A stretch of 63,514 nt of DNA, counting the filler, from Phoronis australis (taxonomy: Eukaryota; Animalia; Phoronida): the NCBI GenBank assembly GCA_002633005.1. It is 10 parts of 10 records of this genome, joined end to end, with 100 filler letters (N's around TTAATTAATTAA, not from the genome) between each part and the next. Parts side by side here need not be neighbours in the genome. Positions count along the whole stretch, not along the records: positions 1 to 12,315 come from NMRA01001648.1; positions 12,416 to 16,936 come from NMRA01002566.1; 8 more parts are not named here. One strand, 5' to 3'. The notes under the pieces are model-generated. The model did not search any database. It was not told the origin of the DNA and saw only the letters and a list, made by a program, of their open reading frames with translations. Shown here one piece after another: positions 1 to 13,367 of the stretch (positions are counted from its first letter, which is position 1; each line of letters opens with the position of its first letter). Both the position numbers and the translations under genes were made by a program.

Positions 1-885
1 GATTTGCAACCTTATAAGTATACATGTATTTGCAAATTTAAGAACTACTGAACAGACTGCTTCAGTTCCAGGGTGCGTGATGCCAGGCCCTCGACACGGG
101 CCAAGATCGAGTGCTAAGACTTATGCACCATGCTTAAGACGTGCTCACTCCATCATGGCAATAGTGAATACGAGTGACCAAAATTTTATAAATGTAGGCC
201 TACTGTGGCCTTTGTCATTGATCATTGAGTGTCGATTATTTTGTACCGACCAGTCCTTACTTCAGTTGGTTGCGGTTCACACACGTCTGCAGGGTTCTTC
301 GTGAAGGTTGACATAGGTCATATGGCTCTAAAACCGACGACAGCTCGCTAAGTGGGAAATCGAATTCCATTCCTTGTCTGAATCTTCAAGTACTTGCGTG
401 TGATGCCCTAATCCTGTCTTCTCGTACATGTAGTCAGCATTATAATTGCCCAGTTCTAACTCACAATCCTCCCCCCCCCCTTCTGATCTGCTGTGTTCCA
501 CCATTGCAATTGCTTGTCAAGTGATCAACACTCATCCACCCAATACATCATTTGGCGCGTCTTTTTGGCATAAAAATGCTTATTTACATGCAGTTAGATG
601 TTATGATAATTATTTCGTAGTAGCGAAATGAAAGTTGAAAATCCACGAACGTGCATGGTGGGAACTCTTTACTGTATTTGTGCTTTTGTTTAATCCAAGT
701 GTACATGTACACTGTACCTTTCATTAATTTACGCCTGCTTTTGCTTTATCCACGCGTACTTCTAATCACTTGTATTTTTGCTTAACCTACGCTTACGTGT
801 AAATATCTTAAACTATCACGAATGTTTTGCTCTTTCTCAACTAATATGAGTGAACGTGCGTGATTGGACTATATGAACTGATTAA

Positions 886-2605
886 AGGCGAATGCCACCC
901 GATTTAATTAGTCTTTTTTGCCGTCTTAATCGGTCTATTTCACATCGCCTCGCATACGGTCGACCTTACCTTGCCAAGAGGTGTCGCGTTAACCTGTGGG
1001 GAAGGTGAGAAACGACGCTAGCGACGTCAACGGTTCATAAGCAGAGTGAATGCCGCTATGATGCGGTATAACGTTCCCGCTTGTCCGAACTAAGCAGCCG
1101 CGAAGAAAGCGAGTATATCGTGTTTTTTTTTTACTTCCTCGAGAGTCCGAAATGCTTAGGAAGTGGCTCATGGTAGTGAAAAATGAAATGCACGCTGTAA
1201 ATATTAAGTATGAGGCCGTGAAACATTTCCGTGTCTGTGGCCTGCAGAAGACGTCGCCAGTGCCTCACGGATGCCGGCTTACCAAATAACTCCATACGTT
1301 CCGTTTTCTGAGCTTGTTCACGGCGCCTCTCTAGTATTTCTTCATCACTGTATTCCTGATCGAATTGATAGCCTGTAAAACTTAACGATCAACCTGCTAA
1401 GTCGGGATTGATGAGCCCGGCGCTCTAGCTTCTCCTAAGTCGGGATTGCAAGTTGCCACTCCGTTCGTTTATTACTGAGCGTTCTGTTTCAAAATGAATT
1501 ATTCTCACCTTAAAGATACTTATATAAAACTGAAACAAAGTCTGTCTCATTAGATGCAATTTATAATGCCTTTGGAGTGTTCGTAAGTGCACGAAATGAT
1601 TTGAGAAGCCAGCAATGAATAAATCACTGCGTTACCGGTTTTAGGCTGAGGTGCAATAAAACTAATTGACGGGACACAGCGAGGCCGTGTGAGCTCATGC
1701 TAATTTAGTGTTTGCTGGCAGAAACTGTTGTGAAACAACTCGATTTCCACCCCACGACCAGGTGCAGGTGTTAGGGGGATCTTTATTTACATTTACATTA
1801 CTCAAATAATGATTGTCAATGTACAACCTCTGCCCTGACGGTGCTGTGGCCAAAGCGGAACTGAATTCGCGGCCCCCGACGAGTAAGTAGATAGTTGCAG
1901 TTTCGTGGCTAATTGATCAACATAATCACGTGCACATTACTTTGGCTCACTAGTATAGTATTTTCTTGACTAGAAGTTTAGTTTCCACTGAACTTTGGCT
2001 GGTTTGTTCGTGATGCCTGATCAGTTTCCGAGCCACTGGCCGGGATAACGAGTCAACCTGAATCCGGCCGGCGCCGCGACGGGCCTGATCGGGCTCCGAG
2101 CCACTGGCCAGGATAACAAGCGTTTTGTGTTTAGAACTCAGAAAAATCACAAGTCTAAACAACGCAGATCTAGGATCTCCTGTCTGTATCTCACGGAAAA
2201 TACTTCGAAATTATCTCCGAACACACCGCAAACTCCTGCTACGGACAGTTATTGGCCTGCCGATTTTTGTAGGCTACGACAGTGTGTCCAAATACCAATA
2301 AATCCGTAAGAGCGAAATGAAACAACACGTTTTTGTAAGAACTCGGTGTATTTTTAAGGGTTTTTCATCGAAGTTTGATGATTTATTGGTGCTAAACGAT
2401 GATTCCAAGCGATAAGCTGACACCAGTAACCCGTGTTGTGAACTGCTGAACAGAATGCGTCTGAAACCGATGACGTAATTGGATAATTTCAACACCTCCG
2501 TCTGCCGTCAGGTGTCAGGTAACGCAAGCTCACGTGTCGTTATGGAGTAGAACTACTCGATCTAAATTGATACAAATTAGGTTGTTTTTTGGGTGGCATG
2601 CTCCT
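886..2605. mobile_element. Non-autonomous Kolobok-like DNA transposon (~1.7 kb)
   Basis: TTAA at 882-885 and 2606-2609. Imperfect TIRs AGGCGAATGCCACCC and revcomp AGGAGCATGCCACCC (13/15). TTAA target duplication with purine termini is the Kolobok signature. No transposase ORF inside. Confidence 0.7.
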
Positions 2606-3616
2606 TTAAGGGTTCTAGTAGATTATGCAAAATCACACGAGTAGATGGATCACATTTCTACGCAAAGAAAGATGGCCGTTTAAGAAACCTTTGGGGTGTT
2701 GGATCGTGTAGTTGCTGCCCTAAAAGGTATGAAAAGTCAACATTTATGTCAAAAAACTTCAAAATTGGCTGCATTTGATCCACATTGAAGGGAAGAGTTC
2801 ATTAGAAATTCAAATGAAATAAGACAAAATCGTCGCACTGAACTTGTTGTTAAAATCCAAAAAGATGCTGCAGGGCTGTTACGCGAATAGCAGCGACACT
2901 AAGTCTTGTATTGGAGTGGTTTCAACATGTAACTCGTGTATCTGTTCGCCTTACAGCAGCTTTACATGCAAAACCACACACATTCAATAGAGTAAGCGAT
3001 AAACTAGATACCTTCTGCTTACGATCGACACTTAGCAATCTCTCCGCTGCCGAAAGTGGATTTTGAGTAATTTGGGAGCATTTTCACGAATTGGTTTCCA
3101 TCTGCCGCAAGTTTCGCCCAATCACCTTGCGTTTACGGGACGCGTCTTAGCTTTACGGCTTGATCTAAGCTCCATTTAGATCATGTTAAATTATTACTGA
3201 ACAGGTGTTTTTGTCAAGCTCTGTCAAACACGTTTCTGGTGCTAATATGGAGTTGAGGGCAGCGATCTTCGTTCTCTAGATTACTTAACTGATGAAACGC
3301 GCGGCAGTGATGAAGCGTTATTATTTACATCAGATGTATCACCTGGTACATTGTATCTGTCCAGGGGTTGATCGTGTATTAGAGGCTCGTCGTTCAATAC
3401 AATGTTTATGCGAAATACTGTACCCCGTTGCATGGTGTCATGAGTGCTGAACTGCACATCGGAATGACGTTTCATTAACAACGTGAACAGGTTACGTTTT
3501 TGCACAACTCAAAGTGCCCCGAGGATGTAACTCAGTTTCACCCGAAATTTGCGCAGTTCCCACCCAAATGTCGATAACGCCAAATGTTCCCCTGTACCCT
3601 GAAATTAACCTCAATC

Positions 3617-4675
3617 CATAGGCAGATTTAGGAGGGTCCAGCCGCTCCCCCCCCCTGCCGCAAAAAATAAAACAGCAAGAGCGTAGGGAAACGTTGAGTT
3701 TATTAATAAAGCCCGGTAATTAACATTATACGGTTGAAACAATATTTAATTGTNNNNNNNNNNNNNNNNNNNNNNNNNNNNNNNNNNNNNNNNNNNNNNN
3801 NNNNNNNNNNNNNNNNNNNNNNNNNNGGGGGGGGGGGCTCAGATCCAATTTCAAATGTCGAATTCGGAACACGGCGCAATCGTAACGGAACCGCATGGCT
3901 AAGTATAGGCTCTCCCGCGATATCCTCAGGTGACCGGCAGTGGCGCTGCGCACTACGACTCCGTTTCCGTCCTCTGCTTCACTGTGCAATGAAGAAAATT
4001 ACTTCATCTTTTAAAGAAAATGGAATCTGAGTGACGATGAAAAAAAACAGTAGCTGCTGATAAGGTGTGAATTTTAATCGTAGCCATAGTGAATCACTCA
4101 GAAACTCATATTACTTTCTTTGTCAAACCTTAACGTCAGATGATTTCCAAAGCAATCGCGTCATTAATGGCAACACGAAAACGGAATTGGCCTTTTGAAC
4201 AATTGAAGACTATTTTAAATACAACAAATTTGTTACGAACTGATTGCACAAAATATAAAGACTGCAATAAGCGTTGCAAAAAGAAGTAGGTTTTGCGGGC
4301 AAACGCTGTGGACCATAAACAAGTTCATGAGGGTCTCTCAATGATCGGATACGAGTGGAATTGTGGTGGTGCAGTGATAAAGCACGTGCACTGTATACGC
4401 CAGGGTCGTGAGTACGAGTCTGTGTTGAATGCAGTTTTTCAGGTTTCCGTAGTTTTTTTTTTCGTTTCCCTTTTTCTTGGATATTACTTCAGGATTCACG
4501 GAAAATGCGTGATGTTTAGAGGAAAAAACAGAAACATTTTGTTGGGCAGGGGTGGGGGGCAAACCCCCCTCCCGACCTCCCCCATTCGGTGCTATGCGCA
4601 TCAACAATCGTGATTTGCGCAAATGTTTACAGACAGAATGCTGGCCCCCCTTGTGATATCCTAGATCCGTCACTG
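3617..4675. mobile_element. Non-autonomous hAT-like element, family A copy 1 (contains N gap 3754-3826)
   Basis: Termini CATAGGCAGATTTAGGA and revcomp CAGTGACGGATCTAGGA, flanked by CAATC on both sides (3612-3616, 4676-4680). Colinear with 40668-41612. Confidence 0.75.
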
Positions 4676-7600
4676 CAATCATGGAAAGCTGACGTCACAT
4701 GGAAAACCTGGAATCAGCTATGGAACTCAAAAAAACCTAGTGACTCAACCCACTGATCAAAACCATGTAGCCGTGCTCAGAATATGCACGGGCCTCGATA
4801 CTGTTGAAGTACTTAATATTCTGTCCTTCCAAACGCTTGACAAAACTGGTGTGGGTAAAAATAAAATTTTGGCGATAACTTTGCCATAGGCAAGGCTGAT
4901 GTGTTATGTGATCGTTTCGTGTTTAGTACTTGACAACCCGATCCGGGGGCGGGATAGATGCATGGATATTTGCAAATCTGCTGAAAACTTGAAAATACCA
5001 AATTCTGACCGATGCCATGGCATAGCGTGTGGTATGTAGGGAACTACACTGCGTTCAAAGGATACAACAGTCTGTTCTCAAGCATAAGACAACAATTGTC
5101 ACTCGCATATCAGCAGAAAATACTCCTTAAGATACATTGTACTTACACAGTTACCCCTGAAAATATGGGTGCCGCTGGGAGTCAACGCAGCTGGGTTGAA
5201 CGCACGTTTTTATGCAAGGGAACAGCTGACGAATAAGGTACAGCAGTCGAAATATGCTAAATCGATAACTCAACGAACTTCTGAAAAACTATGTTGCAAC
5301 ATTTAAACTAGCCGTATCAATTTGTGAATTTGTTTTTGATTTTTTCAAGTGATGTGATGTTCAAGCTGCAGAACGTTCTTGGTCTGCGTGCACCGTCCTG
5401 CTTAGATGTCAACTTTAGCATGGCTTTAAATGACCAAACTTTCAACATCATTTACATTAACAGAATAAGCAGATGCTTGTGAAACCTCGTTTTCAAACCC
5501 AGATGCGTAAGCGGGCATGTTACTTGATATGGGTGCATCTCATGAATGGTCAAGGACCAGATGCCCTGCCAACAGTGTCCTCTCACTGGGAAATGAATAA
5601 AATGCGCTGCTCAAACCTTTAAAACAAGTCTGCATTGCAAACCCAAAAGAAGAAGAAACATGTTTGATAACAATCTGAAAGGTTAAATCAATAAGCATCA
5701 CGGCAACAAAACTTCCAACATTCTTAATTACAGGTACACGTGTTTATGACTTCTGCATGACCTTTACATGTACATCTATCTCTTCAACAGGATATTTTGA
5801 TCGATTAAATTACATTTCATTCCGTTCTTAAGACTTTGACGTTGCAAAATTGATAGTACGACAATGAATCAAATATAACCTGTGGATATCATCAAATAAT
5901 CAAAAACTGCAAGTATCGGTAGGGGTGCACCTACAGACAAGTAGCCAATGAACAAAACGGAGTTTCAGTGAAGTGTCAGTCAATCAGTATATCCACTGAC
6001 GTATCAGGTGAACACCTGGCAAATGAACGTGCACTTCCGGAATTAGCCGTTTCATCACAGGTTCAAGCTGACATGTATCGACTATTTTAATTTTTACAAT
6101 TGCTAAGCCGAGTTCTTTACCTTGCTGAACAAAAAATAGTTCGAGCAGTAACCGCTACTTGTGTCAAAGACAAGTAGCACTGTCAACAAGAATGGCTTCC
6201 CACTGATTAAAGTGTGAAAAAACACTTGCAAATTTAGATTTGTTAAAAACATTTTGTCACTCTTGACTGATTGACGTTCCAAATTCGCAATTAGAATGAG
6301 GTGTCTATTGAACAACACCTTTGTTATTTGGGGCTACCGCAAAGAAAACGTAGTAAATTGATTATTTCTACACAATTTTGTGCTGCTTTTTGACACGCTT
6401 ATACGAAAGCCTCAAACAAAACAACAAAGTAGTTTACATTATTAAAATCGTTCAACAGATCCATCCAACTGGTAAGATTATAATGAAAGACAATTTCAGA
6501 AGTGCGTATTTGACTGCGGGAGAGAGCACCGTAAACCCACCGACTCCCCGTCGGCTTGCCAGTTCATCGCAAGAAAACACGTACTTCAGAAACCGTCTTC
6601 CATAAGTCCGCATTCGCTTACAAGCCTGCTAAAAATATCCCGATTTATTTCGAGGAATAAAATATCAGAAGCACCGACAACAACAGCTCTTCCCGTTAGA
6701 TCAGATGATCCTTCGACAGCAGAACAGTGTAAACACTCGTTTGAACAGAGATTGTGGTCGATATCAACTCGACCAAACACATGCACAACCTTATTAGCCA
6801 ATCCACAACCGAAGGCGCTCATCACAACTCAGGTAGCACCATGGGTACCGTCACGTGATCAAAGTGTACAGCGGTGGGACAAAACATGGCCAGAACGGTC
6901 TAAAACGTATACGCATTGCGTCAAGGATTCAGTTAACTATACATTCCCCTGCGCCTACGCTTGCGACAAACGTCAAAACCAAGGCATGCGCATTAATGGC
7001 TACAAGCCGATTCCGTATGCTGAACATTGTCCGTTTACACGGTCGCCCNCCCCCCCCCCCCTTCCAGCATGTGCAGCAGTAACAGAGTGCAGACCTACAT
7101 GTATACTAAACACACTTTAACGCAAAATAATTGAGATACTGAATTTTCCTAACAGTCATACATGGATGTAAAAATATGTTTTGGGCGACAACTAGCTAAG
7201 GACTGTTCGAGTGTGGTGATGTACAGTTAGATACTTAGCAACATTCCTGCGAAGACGCTAAAGAACACATCAAAATCAGTACTTGTGCTTGTAAACCCCC
7301 CTGTATAAATACTCCACCCCATGATGGTTACGGGGAGGGCATTTTTTCAGTCTCCATTCCACTGCATTGGGTCTCACGAATTCCTGAACGAATATTCTAC
7401 GTGCAATCAAGTACACGAAATTGTCTTTGGAATGCAGAAACGACACAAGTGCCATTACGGAAATACTACTGATATACCCATTCAACTATATGACAAGAGG
7501 CGCTGTTGTCCAGTGTTTATTTTCTCACCTCACTGGACAGGATGTTAATATCCGACACATTGTGCAACAAATTAACGTCTGCTGTAACTCAATAACTGTC

Positions 7601-7857
7601 TATCAGCCAAATGCATTTATATTCATCAACATAATCACTACATGAAAAATTGAAACCACACACATTTGTTTACATCACTGAAATCACAATACAATTGCTA
7701 CAAAATGCCGGTAGAGAAGACCCTGAAACATCTACATGTACATGTATGGTGGCATAGACTGAGTCATTAAGTTTTTACACCGCAAGTTTCCTTAAGACAA
7801 GCAGTCTCGAAACAATTGCCTGAACTCAGTGGGAAATTCAAGTTTATTTGCTGAACG

Positions 7858-7944
7858 TCATCCCAGGTTGGTAATGGCGATATTGTCGATGGCGATGTCT
7901 GTGCGGAAATCATTGATGGACCCAAGAGTGCAGACAAACACAAT
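7858..7944 (-). CDS. MAM-domain protein, terminal coding exon
   Basis: Acceptor tgtttcag, phase 0. Translates IVFVCTLGSINDFRTDIAIDNIAITNLG*; DIAIDNI matches the MAM C-terminal strand. In phase with exon 9153-9349. Confidence 0.85.
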   Translation of the reverse strand: MVFVCTLGSINDFRTDIAIDNIAITNLG

Positions 7945-9152
7945 CTGAAACATAAAGGATGAAAATAAACGTTGTTTGTGCCTGACACGCGTTAAACTAT
8001 ATCCATGAAAAAGCTTAACGATTGTTTCTTATAGCTGTTTGTTATAAAATTTGAATTCCTCTTCTTAGACAAGTGATGCTAAGGCTTCACAAGGTACATT
8101 TACTCCAACAATTGAAAATAATAAGAAAACAAATAAGACATTCACATTTACGCATCTTAATCCAATTCTGGCCGTAATTTTGCGGATTTGGCGGCCATGG
8201 TGTTCTTTAGAATTACGTAGATGTACTTTTCCTATTTAAAGCTGTAGTTCTGTATCTTATATGTAAAAATATAAAAAAAACAGGTCAAAAATAGATCAAG
8301 GGCAAGCTCTTCGAACCAGAAATGGTTTCCGTATTTCTTCCATCGAGGTTCGATCCCATGGCATAACCCTGCTGTCTTTTAAATCTTGCTCAGTCAATTT
8401 GACTCTCATTCCACGGAAAATTGCTCCATCAGTGAGTCCCATATCACATAGTCCATTGGATTACAGTCAGAACTTAGCGGAGGTCACTCATCCCTTTTGA
8501 TGAGTTTTGGTGTGACCTCCTCTAGATTACCCTGGGGTGTCTTGCTCGGGTGAGAAATAGTCTCATCGTGTTGAAACACGCATTCGTTTCCTGAACAAAG
8601 TAGGCTGTAATCCGGGAAAAGATTTCCATCCAATAATTGCACGTAGCGTTGACAGTTATGTTTGGCTAAATCAGTGTCAACAAATTATTTTTTCCTGACC
8701 AAGATGCTCCAATGGAAAATCTGTAAGTCTCATGAGAGAGTGGAGAAGGCTCGATTTCTCGTTTTTGTTTCCCTTAAACATTGATCACTTTCACTCCAGG
8801 GCAATCTTCATGTTTTTTCTAACCATACAGAACTGTTGGGGAGATCGGATTTGGATACAGATATAAAAGTGAAAACACTCGACTTGAGACCGAGGCAGGC
8901 ACTTTTGACTGACAGATGGCAGCACGGCATGAAGACGATGATATTGCATTTTCGCCTGGTTGTTTTGAAGTTCACAGTACTTGTATAATCTTCTTATTTC
9001 TCTGAGATACTTTGTAAACTAATTGATGTCAAGGTGGAAAATTTGAACGAACTTGGTTGGTCAAGTTTTGCCCCCCAAATTTTCAAGATAATATACTCGT
9101 GAACGGTATAAACTAAAACAAAGACACATCTGAAATACAGTGAACATCGTAC

Positions 9153-9349
9153 CGTATAAGTAGTTCCTAGAACATCGATGGAATCGTATCCCCATGGACA
9201 TTGCGACTGAATGTTTGCAGTCGGGCAGTGCTGGCCCTTGTAAGATCTCAACAAGGAGGAGGTGCCGAGATCTTTGTCACTCCTGTACACTTCCAGCGTA
9301 CCTTCATTCTTTCCAAACATGTGGTAGTTATACTGCAGCCTGACGCTCC
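9153..9349 (-). CDS. MAM-domain protein, penultimate exon
   Basis: Acceptor tatttag (phase 1), donor gtacga (phase 0). Translates GSVRLQYNYHMFGKNEGTLEVY...YKGQ...WGYDSIDV, matching the MAM pattern L.FYYHMYG..IGTL.VY...G.Q...W. Confidence 0.85.
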
Positions 9350-12315
9350 CTAAATAGTTATCCATAGATGTATGTTACTCGTATAATTCAAAAGTGGTTG
9401 GGTAATTTATGCATGCAAGACCTACACTGCGCGGGCACAGCTAGCGATCATACAGTGAATTGTGGGTCAGTGTCCTCAGCAAGCGAATGGATGCAGGATT
9501 CAGCGAATGTCTGCATAGTGTTTGTGTTATGTACAACCTCGGGGACACGTCTGTGCATCTTACAAAATGTCTAAAGAACTAGAATTTATCGAAATAAAAA
9601 TACATAAGTCCTTATGGCAACATGTTGTAAAAAAGGTAGGACTTTACTGAAACAAATTGGGCCACGTGGCCATCTGTTCCTAGTTAAACTTGACCTATAT
9701 TATAGGCAAAATTATAGGAATTAAAGGGTTAGACAAAATGACCAATTTTTTAATATAAAAATCAACATCAAATTTCAAAAATCAATGATACAATTATCTA
9801 AGACACCAGTTTTTTCTTTTCAAAAAGTCATAAAATCCAAATTATTTTATTGCTTCCCGTCTAACAATGGAGTTAAAAAAATTTTTTAAAGATAGTAGAG
9901 GAATATCTGAAATTGCTACAAGATTCGAATATGGCATTTCTGAGAAATGATGCTCCGAAAATACCAACTTTAGAAATTTCCTAGAGTCTTACGTAAGCTC
10001 AAAGGATGAAAGAACGAGCATACTGTATCTTAGCAATATTTAATTTGGACCAAGTTCGTGATGCCATCGGTTTTATCTTGTGTCAGATTAAGCCCAGACA
10101 AATTGTCAGGCTTACAGTAAAAATAAACTGCATGTTGTTTCAGACCGAGGCCCGTTAAGGTTGCATATCAAGGCAGGTTTCCTTCAAGCGCAGGAGCAGT
10201 CACCACGGAAATACAATCAAGGCATTTCAAATCAACATATTTCTTTGCTCCATTGGCACAAACACACCATGTAATGTAGTTTTTCATACCAAACCAAGGT
10301 TTACAGTACATATAATCCTTTTTTGTCAGTGTTGCAAAAACAAAGGTTCAAGTCTCTCGAAAGTACCACTTTAGTCTGAGAGCAGAATGGAGAATATTGA
10401 TCAAAAACTTGACCTACAATGTACATCTGCTGACGCCAAACGGATGTAGCGTTATTTGCCACAGGTCACGAGAGTTCATCAACCAACATCCAAAGTGCAT
10501 ATCCCTGAGGAGTGGCGAATTTGTGTGGAAAAGTATTCTTTGTGTCAGACGTGAAATCGAATCCTCGTTTATAAAACCCATTGGTTATAATTATTAATAA
10601 CAAATATTAATTAAGATGACAGCGTTCAGAAAATCAACAAAGCCGTTATGGTTGCTCAGCCTAAGATCGGCCTGGTATACATGTAGTTTGGCGAGGAATG
10701 CAAACTAGGTGAATAGGTGAACGACATATCTAAGTCGGTCAAATGAGCCGATATGTGTTTTTTCAATCTTCAGCAAATTCAATACTTGTCACTAAACTTT
10801 CACTCAGAGGAGGCATTGTGGTAGGTGTTCGCTTCGTTACTCGAGGTCATGTGTTTTTGTCCCCCTGGTTCACACCGCTAAACCCTTATCTCAGGATTCT
10901 AGCTCTTCAGCTCCGTTTTAACTAAATATTACTAAAGCATAAAATTGGTTCCACTTGATCACTACAATGGACCCACACGCGCGGCATCCGTATGTCCCGT
11001 GCAACCTGCATCGGAGCGCCTGCATTTATTTTTGTATACGAACGTTCACTCAATAAATTTAATATAATAAGCCAATCACCCAGCGGTATATTTCAGTTTC
11101 AACAATAAGTCAGTCTTTGGTTAATTGTGACAAAACACGACTGAGCAAATGTGCATAGTTAACAAAAAGTGAATTACGATAATTTATATGTCAAAAATGC
11201 AAATTTTGATAATTCACTTTTAGCTGTAACATAATTCCTCGTGGTGTTGAGTTAAATCATAATATTGAACATTTTTCAGAGATAAATTTATAGCTTTGCC
11301 TATAGCTATGTAATCCAGCATTTCAAATTAGCCAGTGAGGTATTCCAGTTTCAAGACTAAAATTTGGCAAAACCTTTGGGTAGCATGTGCCCCCTGACTT
11401 TGCCACCAAACCACCTTTAAATCCCGTTAAAAGTTCCGCCCGATATTTTGGCAACTCTCCAAACATAACATATAATTAGGTTGAAACTCAACAACCCATA
11501 TTTTTAAAAATTTTTCTTGAATTAAACATGATTATGTACATGTAAGGTTTTAGTCTCTTTAGATGTTTTCTGTCTTCAGTATCTCGTTAGCCAACAACGG
11601 TTCAGCCGACACAACAGTAGCTAATGGTTCACCGACCAAAACGGCTGAAATAGTTCATGTACTATCATCACTAAGGCAAAAAAGACTGGTTTCAATACAT
11701 CAATCTGTTTAACGACAAGAACACAGCTACTAGCATGCACTATAAACGTTTTGGTGGCCATGATTAATAACAATCGACAGTATAAACAAAGAGTGAAGCT
11801 CTGAGTACGTCATGTTACAACTGCAGTGTGACGTTAGCAGCTGTAGAATGTTTGTTAATGTGCTTGGTCAAGATACACCGTTCTGCCGTCGGAGATGGGC
11901 CTTGTGGGATTGGGAGCAACCGTTCAATATCAAAGTAAATTTTTGAACCTGATAAACAATCCTCCAATTTGAGTGCAAGTGCCACAAAACCAGAAAAGAG
12001 GTCATTAAAATGATCAGTTATCCCCCGTAACAAAACAATTAATGTAATCTGAAAGACGCTACAGTATGTCTCAGTAAATTGGGAATATGTAAATGAACTA
12101 CTTTTTTACGAACAACCCCAGGTTTCTGGTGTCTCGGAAAGCTTCCAAGGACCAGTCACCATTGCAATCTCGCGAAAGCCACGTTTTGCGAGTTTTATGT
12201 GTAAATTAATAAGGTAAAATGTCATTGTTACCTAATCAACCAAGGCACAACTTTTAATATTTGTTCATTTCACTATCAAATAATGTTTGCGAAATATTGG
12301 AATTAACTAGCGTTT

Positions 12316-12415
12316 NNNNNNNNNNNNNNNNNNNNNNNNNNNNNNNNNNNNNNNNNNNNTTAATTAATTAANNNNNNNNNNNNNNNNNNNNNNNNNNNNN
12401 NNNNNNNNNNNNNNN
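12316..12415. other. Artificial contig-joining linker
   Basis: 44 N + TTAATTAATTAA (stops in all six frames) + 44 N; the same 100-bp structure occurs nine times. Confidence 0.97.
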
Positions 12416-13225
12416 GCTGTCTCTTGCAAATATTGATACCTTCTATCTTGACATCTTGATTGCTTGGGAAGAAATTAGTGCTCATTTACATGAGGATATA
12501 ACAATTGTAAACCAAGTAGTGTGGAATAACAAAAACATATTGCTTAATAGGAGGACTGTATTCTTTAATAGTTTTTTCGAGGTTGGTATCACTTTTGTGA
12601 AGGATCTTTTAAATTTTGAAAATAACTTTCTGACATGGGAGGTTTTGAAAAATAGATACATGTATAAGCTTTCAAATTGGATTCATTATGCTGCTTTGAG
12701 GCGTGCGATTAAGTTGAAAACTGATCCTTCGATTTCAAAATGCATACATCCCCAGTCAAGCCACTAAGGTGACTATTTACAAATTAAGCAAATTTATGTT
12801 CTTCCACACAAACTCTTGTTACCCCCTTATGTTAAAACCTTTAAATACTTCTATATTCATAGAAAAGTATTTTCAAAATTTAATTTGAAAAAGATGAACT
12901 TAGAAAGTGATGACAAGTGTGCATCTTGTGGAACTGTAGGAACTTTTAACCATATGTTTGTGGAATGTGGTTCTATGAAAACTTTGTGGTGCGAAATTCA
13001 GAAACTTTTAATTTACGCAACTGCACAACACGACTTAATCTTTGACAAAAATGTTATTTTTACAGCATATTTTGGATGTAATTTTGAAGATATCAATACC
13101 ATATTAACTATTTGCCAGTATTTCACCCATAAATGTTCTAGAAACCAGATTATTAATGGATGTTCATAATTTCAATGTTTCTTGCATAATTATTGTAAAG
13201 TAAGGAATATACAACCCCGTAAAAC

Positions 13226-13260
13226 CAGGAAGAGATAACCATCCTGGTTATCTCTTCCTG
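13226..13260. mobile_element. 35-bp palindromic mini-transposon (P-element-like TIR)
   Basis: CAGGAAGAGATAACCA-TCC-TGGTTATCTCTTCCTG is a perfect 16-bp inverted repeat, flanked by GTAAAAC (13219-13225, 13261-13267). Confidence 0.75.
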
Positions 13261-13333
13261 GTAAAACTGCCTTTTGGGAAACCATCAATGCCTATTTGTT
13301 TTAGACCAACCGTGGATTTCTATTATATGTGTT

Positions 13334-13367
13334 CGCGCGCGCGCGCGCGCGCGCGCGTGTGTGTGTG
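13334..13367. repeat. (CG)n(TG)n microsatellite
   Basis: About 11 uninterrupted CG units followed by TG units. Confidence 0.95.

Noticed and set aside
3617-4675. Transib/RAG-like assignment because of the 5-bp TSD
   Set aside because: The termini are CAT/CAG, not CAC heptamer-like, and there is no RAG1-like coding sequence.
6586-7120. Overlapping 75-122 aa ORFs
   Set aside because: No recognisable domain or consistent splice signals.
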